Part shown: in pieces, positions 36,601-47,727 of the stretch
Numbering within the stretch: the first letter of the stretch is position 1
Layout of the letters: every line of letters begins with the position of its first letter
NCBI GenBank assembly: GCA_002633005.1
Contig: NMRA01000329.1
Span: 395,219-459,218 of the forward strand
Length of the DNA: 64,000 nucleotides
Direction of reading: 5' to 3'
DNA from: Phoronis australis
Lineage: Eukaryota > Animalia > Phoronida
The notes under the pieces: model-generated
Told to the model about the DNA's origin: nothing
Databases searched by the model: none
Seen by the model: only the letters and a program-made list of their open reading frames with translations
Position numbers and translations under genes: made by a program

Positions 36601-39600
36601 CAGGTAATTTGTTGTCAGAGTTGAAACTGTATTTTTGTCCAAGAATTCAAGTTGCGTTATCAACGATCTCGAGGCAGCAAGGCATTAGTCACACAATTTT
36701 CTGAAATAGGATTGTAATATAACAACAAAGTTTGATAACAATGCTACACAATTTTGTGAAAAGTCTGTCATAGGTTACAGATACGTCGCAGAGCATGAGT
36801 TTGATGAATCCTGGCTTCCGATTTCACCCGTTTTGGAGACTGGATTTCAACCGCCTTAGGTTACAATAAGCGCTTCCTCCCGAAACGAATTTTTGTAAGC
36901 GCCCTCGGTACTCATTAGGGCAAATACGGTATGCTTGTATTTATGCCCATCTGCCTATTTATGGAATAAAGTGATTTTTGAAAAATAATTTTGCTCAGGT
37001 GCTTTGTGTTCATAAACTCATGTACATGTCTTGAACTGGGTGTTTTTATTGTGTCAGTGGTCCATTCTTAGTTATTTTAAAATAGTTAATATCAAAAGTT
37101 AAATTTCATCCAAATCTACCATTTTGTGAAAAATAAGTCACATGTTATTTTGAAATTTTGCTCCTTGGTTTTAATCAAGTGTTCCACCTTTAGAGACTTG
37201 AAGTGGCTGTAGGTGTAGCCTCACATAGAGCTGCATGCATCTATGTGTGTATACTGCAGATATTAATGGGACGTGAATTCTGTTTCAAGACCAAACTGCG
37301 TATTTCAAGATTGAGGTCATTGCTTGAAATGTTTGTGTGGAATTTCTTTTTATGGTATTGATTTGTTGCAATATTCAAAACAATCTTGTGAATGTGTTTT
37401 TGGAATGGGACAACTTGTACAGGGAAAAATGTGCCAGTTTGCTAATATGTTGATTGATTGACAGTGTTGCCTATTTCCTTTGAATTGTAGGACAAACTTG
37501 CACAGAATCAATGGGAAATTTTCAGACTTGTCAAACCCTCCCATGTTGCCAACTATTCAATTTTTTTTTTGTTTCAGCTAACCAAACATTATAGCAAACC
37601 AGGAGTGACAGCTGTAGACGTCCTGTCTGTCTTTCCTGACTTTGATGTGAGTTCTAGCTGTGTACACTATTACACTAGTAGGCTTGGAGTCCATAGTGAG
37701 ATTCAGTCCTAGACGCCAACTCACAAGTCCTACTCAATTGGAGTTTGTAGAACTCATTAGTGGAGCTGATGTCACAGTCAAATATGTTACAATGTGATCT
37801 ACCACATGGAATGAATACTTTGGAGTAGTTTGGGCTTAAGTCTAAGTTTGGGAATGTAGACTATAGTCTTGGAGTAGTCTGGGCTTAAGTCTAAGTTTGG
37901 GAATGTAGACTAATAGTCTGCTTCCATGTCTTTATGATAGGATCTACAGAATAGGATGCTTAACAAATAAATGAAACTCGCACTTTTCCTTTGCTTTCAC
38001 CTATAATAAGTAAGCTTCATCCATCAAGACTGAAGTAGGAAATTTACTAAGAAAAATTAGTGCACCCCTGTTAGTATTTGCATTTGTATCTGTCAATGTT
38101 TCAATGTTTTATCATTCAATTTTGCCAACCGTTTGAAGTGACACCTCCAGAAATTCAAAAAATAAATTTAATTGACATTTTCCACTCCCAACTCACTCCG
38201 TCCTGTGTTTACTGCAGATGTGGAAACACCCGTGTGCTCAGGTGATATTCGACTCCGACCCTGCGGAGGAAGGAAAGCCCCTGTCACAACAGCAAGGGCA
38301 GATGTCACAGGCAATGATCAGGTATAAAACATGTTATCACACTAGAAAAAGTACAGCTCTGGTGGCAACGTCTTGTCTTTTGTTGACTCTGCTTTTCCAA
38401 GAAGCAGGTTTCAGAATATTGCCAAAGAATGGTCTTAAAGTATGATGGCAGAATTGAAAATGAACAAAATCAGATCATGTGAATATTTTTAACTTTATTC
38501 TCCTTCAATTTCTTGCAAAGTGGCTGTACTTAAAATGAATAGAAATAGTTGCATTTTTATTGGAAGTTTGGTGAACTTAAAATTCAAAACAGTGTCATTT
38601 TTCATATGATTTTGCCACTACCCGCGTAAGCGATTAAAGTATAACCTATGACTTTGGTCATTTAAATGTCACTTCAGCAAAAGGGAGAATATCAGTTACA
38701 CATCCTGTTTGCAGAGGTATGGTGGATGAGAGTGGGGACCAGTTTGTAGCTTACTTCCTGCCATCAGAGGAAACCATGGGGAAGAGGAAGAGGGACGCAG
38801 AGGAAGGCGTCCCATACAGTGCGGACGACACGTACGTTCACGCGGGTTGTATTGGTGAAGTTGCATAGTTGGTCACTGATAGTTTACTTAATTTACTTTT
38901 TGTTGATAATCCTAGTACTATTTGTGTAATTATGGTTTCCATGAAATAAAATTGTTGTTTACTTACCTACCTGCCCATCTCAGAGTAGTGAGGGTACGGT
39001 GAGGGGAAACAACAAAGTTAAGGACGACCTTACTGTGTTTGTTAACAATTTGTTCTAAACAATTCACGTCTATGTCTCAGGTATGAATACTCACTAGCCA
39101 GGGAGTATAACTGGAACGTCAAGAACAAGGCGTCGAAGGGTTATGAAGAAAATTACTTCATGGTGTTCAAAGAGAATGGAGTCTTCTATAATGAGCTGGA
39201 GACCAGGTAATGGTAGAGTCCTGGAGACTAGGTAATGGTTGTCAGTGTGGTCTAAGAATAACAAGACAAGCTGTGGCGAGGATTATGCCAAATGGTCCTT
39301 TTGGTGTCGTTCATGGCAGCTGTATATTTTTCAACTGTTATAATACTATACATATACATATGTTGATAGCAGTAGTGACAGCAGTATTAGTAGTAATAGT
39401 CTAGTAGATACATACACAAAACAGCGAGAGTGTTGTAGATGAAGTAATATCCCACAAGACATTCAGCGTATCGACCGAGACCGAAGAAATAATGTCGAGT
39501 GGGATATTACTTCAGCTACTCCAATTGAGGTGCATTTTGTATTTATGCCATACGCTTCAAATTCCTGAGTTTCTTTCATTTTTTATGCAGATTTTTTAAA

Positions 39601-41678
39601 TACTTCACTCAGACTGTTCACGTGGCGGATCACATCCTATATGTATGTACTGATGCGTTAGGTTGCAAGTTTTCTCTTGTAAAAGTAAGAGTTTTAAATG
39701 TAACAATTTATTACTTGAAAAGAGATACCAAAGATGAAAACAACAGTAACTGAGCACTGAACTTGTAACATTTCCTGAAAATAGTTAAATAACAACAATA
39801 TTTGATATTTTAGTTAAGAGAATTTGGCGCCTGAGTTGCAGACGATATAATATTTAGTAATTGAAAACTGAGACAGAGGTGTCATATAATTAACAGTTTT
39901 GTTCCAGATGTTACATTTGGGACCTGATTGCATGATGAGTGTTATTTACACTGCTGCAATTGTACTACTTTTTAAACTATTTTCGGAAAGTTTGATGATC
40001 AAACCGGCTAATGACGTCTAGTCGACATTGACCTACCTTTTGAACTTTCCATGTCAGAGGTCACTGTTGAAGTAGTGCGGAAGGTGAATACGGAAAACAA
40101 TATAACATGGCTGTATTTCCCTTGACTGATTCAATGCGTATGGCTTAAATGTTATTGACTGAAAAGAGGAGTATTTGGCATTATTAATAAATGACAAACG
40201 CAAGTAAGCTTTATATAAGGATGCTTGAAAGTAAGACCTCAGGTTTAGTGAAAAAATTAATTTTGTTACTTTATTTTAGGATGGGTTTTACCGTTTAGTG
40301 GCCATAAAACGGCTCATACGGGCAGCACTTTGATTTATTTGCTGCAAGGTTGTTTGCCTGTGGAGACAGAAAAACGATAATTTTGACGATACATCGTTGT
40401 TTCTCTGAAGTAACTCAAGCGCTGTTGTAACGTGTGTGTGTGTGGAGGTGGTGGATGGTAAGACGTGGCTAGGCCACTAATGAAACGTGTGTTCTCTGCA
40501 GGGTGCGACTAAGCAAGAGGAGAAAGGTAGTGGGAGCCTCTTCAATGGCCAACACAAAACTGGTGGTCAAGCATAGAGAGTTGAATGAGCAAGAGTTGGC
40601 GGCACAAGATTTACGTATGACGATGCTGGAGCCCCCTGTTGAGGAGGAGGAGGAATTAGAACAGCCCAACTTCTCGGGTTTGTTAACGATACATTTTTTT
40701 GGGTTTCATGGTCACATCGTGGTTACAGATGGGGAAACGCTGAGCAAACAGTTTGTCTTGGTTCAAGTTTTTGTGAAAACTTTTACTTTTAGTGTTCTTT
40801 TGCTAATTAAAAATACCAAATAAAAAGTAACTGATATTTAAGCAATCTGGAAATAATTGTCTTAAAGAAAATGTTTGAAAACAATTAGTATCTACCCTGG
40901 GAAATTTCTGGTGGTAGAAATGTGGATAAGCTGTTACAAAATTGTAGATTTAAAAAAAATATGAACAGTCCACATGGAAGTGCATGATTCCATCAAAACA
41001 GTGCAAAACTGTTACGAATATCGTTCAAATGAATTGTGCTTTGTTTTTAAGTGGGTGTATTTAGTCCGAAGCTTTCAAGCTTTAACTAACATCTTTCAGA
41101 CATTTATAAGCTTTAAGCTTGTTTAGGCTAGTCACTACCACACCCAGTAAGTTAGTCAAAATTAAAACAAAACTTATGCCAAAAACTTAAGATCTCTTTC
41201 TTGAAACAAATTTAAGTTTTGGCTGATATTTAAGATTTTTCTTAGCTAGGTCAGTTTTCTTGGAGCAGGTCCCTGGATCTGTGGCTGTTATTTCAGCAAA
41301 TGGGTATCTGTTTGCTGATTGGTTTTAAAAGTGCACTAATTTAAATAAGTGACTGGCAGATAACCTTGACCTCACAGTGACATGGTAGGCACGAGGCCAC
41401 TATTTTGAACAGCTCTTGCACACACTGTTTCAGATGTTGGCAGTGGTGCAGAAAGCGGTGGAGAGCAAGAGAACACAGAGGGGAGGGAACGTAGTAAGAG
41501 CCCCAAGTCAGGAAGTGAGAGCGAGAGTGAAGCCAGCGGAAAGGCAGGCAGTGGCAGTGAGAAGGGTAGTGACCGGGAGAGCGGAAGTGAGAGTGAGGCT
41601 GAGAGTGGAGATGAGGATGAGAAGAAGAGAGATGAACAGGAGATCTTTGGTAGTGAGAGTAGCTCTGACAGTGATTAG
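30692..41678 (+). CDS. PAF1: RNA polymerase II-associated factor 1 homolog
   Basis: Exons 30692-30759, 32145-32237, 32675-32796, 33308-33371, 34148-34249, 35641-35746, 37578-37646, 38218-38321, 38715-38831, 39081-39206, 40502-40677, 41434-41678. Motifs include [97 protein letters not shown] and [14 protein letters not shown]. The acidic S/E tail ends [12 protein letters not shown]. Confidence 0.98.
31090..31334. repeat. Dispersed ~245-bp repeat, copy 2 (PAF1 intron 1)
   Basis: Diverged copy of 29925-30167 in the same orientation. Confidence 0.75.
35903..36929. mobile_element. Non-autonomous pogo/Tigger-like DNA transposon in PAF1 intron 6
   Basis: Imperfect TIRs CCGTATTCGCCCTAAT / ATTAGGGCAAATACGG followed by TA. 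Subterminal TAAGCGCCC repeats at both ends. CpG-rich compared with the host intron. Confidence 0.75.
37819..37918. repeat. Two-copy ~49-bp tandem duplication
   Basis: ttggagtagt(t/c)tgggcttaagtctaagtttgggaatgtagacta(a)tagtc occurs twice. Confidence 0.9.
39410..40150. mobile_element. Foldback/MITE-like element in PAF1 intron 10
   Basis: Hairpin gaagtaatatcccac..gacatt / aatgtc..gtgggatattacttc at about 39441-39514. Inverted pair ATTTATGCCATACGC (39541) / GCGTATGGCTTAAAT (ends about 40150). Confidence 0.55.
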
Positions 41679-42098
41679 ACTGGGACACACTTTGGCATCA
41701 AGAGTAGTGCACACTCGACGTGGTTCTGACTGTGACAAGGCAGGGATACATAATACAATGACTGTGTCAGAACTGAGACACACAGTGAGTGACAGCAGTC
41801 CAGGGACTGACTTTGGATTTTTTGATTCCATTTCAGTACTTCCAGATATATTGTTTACTTGTTGGCTACAGGCGACCGGATATACTAAATGTCTTCACAT
41901 GCGAAGCCTGTCATCCTATCCCAAGCAAACTGTCATGATTAAAGTGGAATTTAGAGAAAGTGAAAGGACAAATCTCAATGCCGAGTTTTCAGACTGCCTA
42001 TTTTAAAACTCTGACATAACTTTCTCAGTGGTTCCTGACTTTACTGATACAATAACTGTTTTTTTAAAATGAATGTGCCCGATGCAAAATATCATTCG

Positions 42099-42104
42099 AA
42101 TAAA
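42099..42104 (+). terminator. Candidate polyadenylation signal of PAF1
   Basis: AATAAA about 420 nt downstream of the PAF1 stop codon. Confidence 0.5.
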
Positions 42105-42222
42105 ACTTGTGTAAGTGGAATCTAACTTGACAGATTTGATACGAGTATGGCAAAATCCAACTTATCTGAAGAGCTGAGTGCATGAACTAGAACTACTGTG
42201 CCATGGAGCTTTCTGAGCCAGA

Positions 42223-42282
42223 ATCTGACTTATGCATGTCTGACTTATGCATATCTGGCTTATGCATGTCCGACTTATATGA
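42223..42282. repeat. 15-bp minisatellite, about 4 copies
   Basis: Units of tctgacttatgcatg with variants. Confidence 0.85.
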
Positions 42283-44659
42283 GCTTTACTGAAGTAATAA
42301 GTTGTTATGATAATTGTCTAAAAGTCATACATGTTGTACACAGAGTTTTTCAATCATTATCTGTGAGACGAAAGCTTTGAACACTAGCGCCATCTTTTAA
42401 GACAAACGCATTGATGAACAATTCATTCACATCAGAGTGAACATTCTCTGTAGTGTATCAACACTTGGGTGCACACGAGTGTAATGGGGTTTGTTAGTTG
42501 GCATTTGGCATAATGAAGATGTAATTCCTAGCAAAGTCAACAGGTTGTACTCTCAGTCACATAATACTCATACACAGCCTGAGGTTAGAGTAGCTATAGT
42601 TTTGGAATATTTTGATGGAAAATGTTTTAAGTGTTGCTTTTACATCCGTCAAAAGAAATAATTTAGTCTTTTACCGAGCCAAATAATTGTTCTATGGTCA
42701 GAACTTGGTTCCTTGGCTGCGCTTTTGACTTGTTCAACCATGTCAAAATAAAAAATCTTGGTTTTTGAAGCAAAGCCTTTACAAACCTGCATTCTGTCAA
42801 AAAGTAACTTTCGATTCGGAGCATTTGTCATGACAAGATTGGTCAGCCGTCTTGAAATTTCCATTATTCATATTACATAAGAGGTGAATTATGGTATTGG
42901 GAGAATGTCAGTTTATTATTGCTGGAGATCGGGGGAAAAAGAGGTTTGCTGGACCAAGTGAGTGATTGTATATGGCAAGTATGACCTCAAGCAATAACAG
43001 ATTGTCAGTTTGTAATGGCATGTGGTGTAATCCAAATTTGATCTTTTTAGCAGGAGAGTTCAAACAGCTTTTAAATGGTGTGTATTTTGTAAATATAAGT
43101 GAACTGTAAATATTTCCAACATCATCTTGCCTTGATAGTGAATAATGAAGAACGAGCATTTTTTCAAAATAGTACAATATATTTTCGATGATTGTCGACT
43201 GACACAATTAGCATAGCAGTAAAAAAGTTTCTTTAATAATATGATTTATTGAGACATATACACATGGCTATAGGCTCCAAGTATAAAAGACCTTTTGAAC
43301 AACACAAGTTGGTAAATGTAAACAATATTGTTAAATACGAACCCTGTTATTTCCAGTAAGTTTGATCCATCATCACTGTTGGTTAATAGGTCATTACACT
43401 CAACCATAACTTTACACATGTGAAACTAGTAAAAAAACAACTAAGTACACCAAATTAATATTCAATAATTTACGACCGATACCAACTATAAACAAAACTT
43501 ATGTAGTGCTAACTTAACAATTATGTAACTACAAGACAATCACCAGTTATTTTCTGTCAACACAGCTGAGTGCCACCATGACAGCAGAGTGCGTGTGAAA
43601 TTGACCGTATGCCATTACAGAAAACGACGGGTAAAACTTCCTATTGTTCGATTCTAATCAATCATAAATCTTGTAAGATCTTACAAAGATACAGCGTGCT
43701 GACAGTGCAGACGACTGATACAATTAATTAGGTTACCTACTATAGTATGTTATAACCGCAGTCAAAACTTGCAAGTCTCGCAACTTCCTGCATTTCCACG
43801 ACTGCTGTAATTGCTTTATTCAAGTGACGAATGTAGTGCGTAGTTGTACACAGGCGTTGGTCTTATACTGGACAATGTCCGCGGAGCACCAATGTACTCA
43901 GTACATAATGGACCATTGTGGTATATCGGCAGTTTGTCATTTCCCATTATTTTAGACGGTATTTACCGGAGAAATGTGAAGGCGGAACCAACCGTTCTAG
44001 TGGTATCCTGTGCGTTTTCTTGTACTGTGTTAGTAAATGAATGTCATATAAATAAACACAAACAATCATCAAAGGGCACCTTCACTAAACAAGAGCAACA
44101 CGGAGATACTAGATGGTGCAATATAGGTTGAATCCATGCGAAATGGGAACATATATGGTTTCTTTAATTGAAAGCTACCAAATTTTATAAACATCCATCT
44201 AGGAACTTCAGAAAAACAGGAAACCCAAAAAAATGAAATTGCCACTAAGGGGCACAGCATTCGTCGGATTAGTCTGAAAGTCGTCTTTCGTTGTCAACTT
44301 CACATAAATACACTTGCTAAATTTAATAAAGATCTTGTAGTAGGTTTAGGAGATTCAGCTATGGATGCAAAAAAGGAGCAAAACTGCCACTAGGAAGCAT
44401 CACAACAGTCGAAGTCGTCCGAAAATCATCGTTAACCGTCCTCGCACTAAGGACATATATGCCAAGTTTCACTATCATCCATAGACTGGTTTGGTTGATA
44501 GAGGGTCAGACCCCAAAAAAACACTTGAGAACAGTAAACATGGTAACTGGATGGCGCAACATGCGTCAAATCCATCCGAAAATAAAAATATTGTTTCCTT
44601 AATCAGAAAGCTAATAGAATCCATCAAGGCACTTCAGAGAAACAAAAGGAAAACGGAAA

Positions 44660-45850
44660 AAGAAGAAATTGAATTATTCCAAGTTTAAGCCAGGGCGTGG
44701 CTTGCTTAAACTTGGAATTGGGTACAAAAAACTACGAAATGCATTCAGGGTGTTTCAAAAGTAATAGAAAATGCATTTACAATGTATTGCAACCAGTGAA
44801 AGAATGTTTGGTTAACTACTTGATTTTTTGTAAGGCAGAAACTGAATTATTTCAAGTTTAAGCAAGCCACGCCCTTGCTTAAACTTGGAATTGGGTAGAA
44901 AAATCTGCGAATGCGCTCAGAAGTGTCCCAAAATTAATAGAAAATGCATTTAAAATGTCTTGCAATCAGTTACCGAATGTTTGGTTCACCATGTGATTTT
45001 TTGTAAAGCAGAAATTGAATTATTCCAAGTTAAAGCAAGGGCGTATCTTACTTAAACTTGGAATTTACGGAGTTGAAAAAATGCGAATGCGCTCAGAAGT
45101 ATTCTAAAGGCCCTAGAAAAAAGCTTTTAAAATGTATTGCAACCAGTCAGGGAATGTTTGGTTCACCACGCGAGTTTTCGTGAAGCAGAAATTGACTTAT
45201 TCCAAGTTTAAGCGAGCCACGCCCTTGCTTAAAATTGGAATTGGGGAGAAAACAACTGCGAATGCATTCATAGGTGTTTCGAAAGTAATAGAACATGCAT
45301 TTACATTGTATTGCAATCATTATGAGAAGATTTGGTTCACATCGCAATTTTTTTAGAGAAGAAGTTGAATTATTCCAAGTTTAAGCAACCAGTGTGGCTT
45401 GCTTACACTTGGAATTAGGTAGAAAAAACTGCGAATGCGCCCAGAAGTGCTCTCTCTAAAAGTAAAAAGCATTTAAAATGTATTGCAACCAGTAAGAGAA
45501 TGTTTGGTTCACCACGTGAGTTTTTGTAAAGCAGAAATTTAAATATTCCAAGTGTAAGCGAGCCACGTCCTTGCTTAAACTTGTAGTTGGGTAGAAAAAA
45601 CTGCGAACATGCACAGAAGTGTTCCAAAATTAATAGAAAAATGCATTTAAAATGTCTTGCAACCAGTTACTGAATGTTTGGTTTACCACGTGATCTTTTG
45701 TAAAGCAGAAATTGAATTATTCGAAGGGCGTATCTTGCTTAAACTTGGAATTTACGGGGTAGAAAAAACTCGGCCATAAGTCTTCCGAAATTAATAGAAA
45801 ATGCACATAAAATGTATTGCAACCAGTTAGTGAATGTTTAATTCACCTCT
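44660..45850. repeat. ~173-bp satellite, about 7 monomers, each with an internal hairpin
   Basis: Hairpin centres start at 44691, 44864, 45037, 45214, 45387, 45560 and 45724 (period 173-177; the last monomer has a small deletion). Stem is TTCCAAGTTTAAGC ... GCTTAAACTTGGAA. Confidence 0.95.
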
Positions 45851-47541
45851 TGATCAAACATCAACTAGGCATTAATTTTAAACATCAAGCTATATTTTTA
45901 TATTGGAATAGGCACCAACACAGAAATAATGACTCAAATGGCCACCGTAGCCGTAGGGCTATGACTTTGAATGCCCGGTGCATTACTGAGGGTACATGTA
46001 ATAACAATACAGTCCTTAAATGATTTTTTATTCCAGTCCCTTGATACTAACCAGTATTCATGAACAGGCCACAGGAGCTTTATCTCGATTTTTTAGAACT
46101 CTTTTCTCTCCGTGGCCTACTGGTTCAGTACGATTTCAGCCCAAGCGCATTGTTCTGTGATTGTGTGCCAGGTGAGGCAGCCGCTTAATTCCAAGTTCAC
46201 ACAAGATTCCAAGTTCACGTACAGGGTTTGACAGTTTGCTTAATCTCAAGATCACTTGCGTAATCTTGGAATTCCAAGTTAACGCAACACTCACTTCCGT
46301 TTATTCTTGAGATAAAGCAGGATTCCAAGTACACGTACAACAAAGCCATTTTACGGGGCCATATAGGTGGCGCTGTGACAGGATAAAACTGTTCTTAAAA
46401 CTAAGTGGGGCAAAGTGATCAGAGAGCTAGTGTGATGGCACTTATGAAGATTGCATCTTAAATGAGACTGGTTACACATTTACAAATTTGCCAGCAATTC
46501 ACCCACTGGCACAGTTATACTCGTTTGCTCATCTCATTACTGCTTTGCAAGAGCAGGGACCATATATGCAGCAGGCATGTTATTTCTGTTCAACCAAGAC
46601 AGCACTTCAACTCAAGGCCTGTTATATATGCTCCATACACAACATTCTTTTTTGGTTGGTCCGTGCCTCTGAGTTTTCCCAATTATCTACTTTAGCAGGA
46701 GCATAAGCAGACAACTGAGGTAATAAGTTCAAAACACTCTTCTCCATTCAGTTTTCACACTTGACATATCTACTGGAAAGTATTTGGAGCTTGGTGTATG
46801 TTCAAATCTGGTTAGCAGCTAATTAACAACACACCACTTTGTTTATCTCGTCACCTTTGGAACCATGACAAAAGCTAACGCTTTTTTGAGTGACGACTTT
46901 TGTGTAACTACAGGCATGTCATTGGGACCTTGCAAAACATAAGGATTCATTACGTCGTTTTCCCGCTGGTACCAACTTGTTCGATTCTATAGCCCAACAC
47001 CAAGTTGGGAAATTTACCCCTGTAGCCAATATCTTACAAGACTTGATTAACTCCATTCTGGCATTTATGGTTGGAGGGCCAGCTCTCTTATCTTCGATAA
47101 TTGCTCTACTCTCCAATAAGATTGTATCTACCCTGACTGGGCTGTGCTGTTAAAAATAAAAGTTAAGTTATAACATATTTGAACATAATCCAATAGCATT
47201 TCTAAAATCTTCGTCAAATGGCAATCATGTTTAGTTTTTGAATCGCCAAAATCTCCCAACTGCAACCGAAGTTAGACAATCTATTTTTTTCCGAATACAC
47301 CAATTCATTCTGAGTTTGTCTGTGTTCACACGTTGTCTGTAATAAGCCTAGTAGATAATTGGCCTGCTTGTTGTCGTAAAAGACAAAAGAGCGTGCTTGG
47401 CAGTTAACAAAGAAGCTAGATGTTATCACACGCTCAGAACCCCCTGCGTCTGGTAAAGTCACTGGACGGGAAAACGCTGTCATGTCTATGGCCTGACGAC
47501 TTATGCAGTAATGACGTGACCGAGGTAGTGGGAAGCACTTT

Positions 47542-47547
47542 TTTATT
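47542..47547 (-). terminator. Candidate polyadenylation signal of B4GAT1
   Basis: TTTATT on plus (AATAAA on minus) about 180 nt after the stop codon. Confidence 0.45.
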
Positions 47548-47727
47548 TAAAATGAGATTCTCTTAAATACACTGGGTAATTAAATAAAAAATTAATGGTG
47601 TTTCATTTTAGGAAACAAATTAGTAATGTACAACTGGCATTAACATTATAAGAAATATTGTCTACTGGTACGAAAAAATCCACTATTTGGACAATGCCAT
47701 TCGAATGAGTACACTACACAGCAGGTA

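Noticed and set aside
41341-42006. ORFs 41416-42006 (+), 41341-41688 (-) and 41508-41831 (-)
   Set aside because: Alternative-frame or antisense shadows of the purine-rich last PAF1 exon, whose real frame ends at 41678.
44660-45850. CRISPR- or integron-like array of palindromic repeats
   Set aside because: The sequences between the palindromes are homologous to each other, so this is a satellite. No integrase or cas ORF lies nearby.
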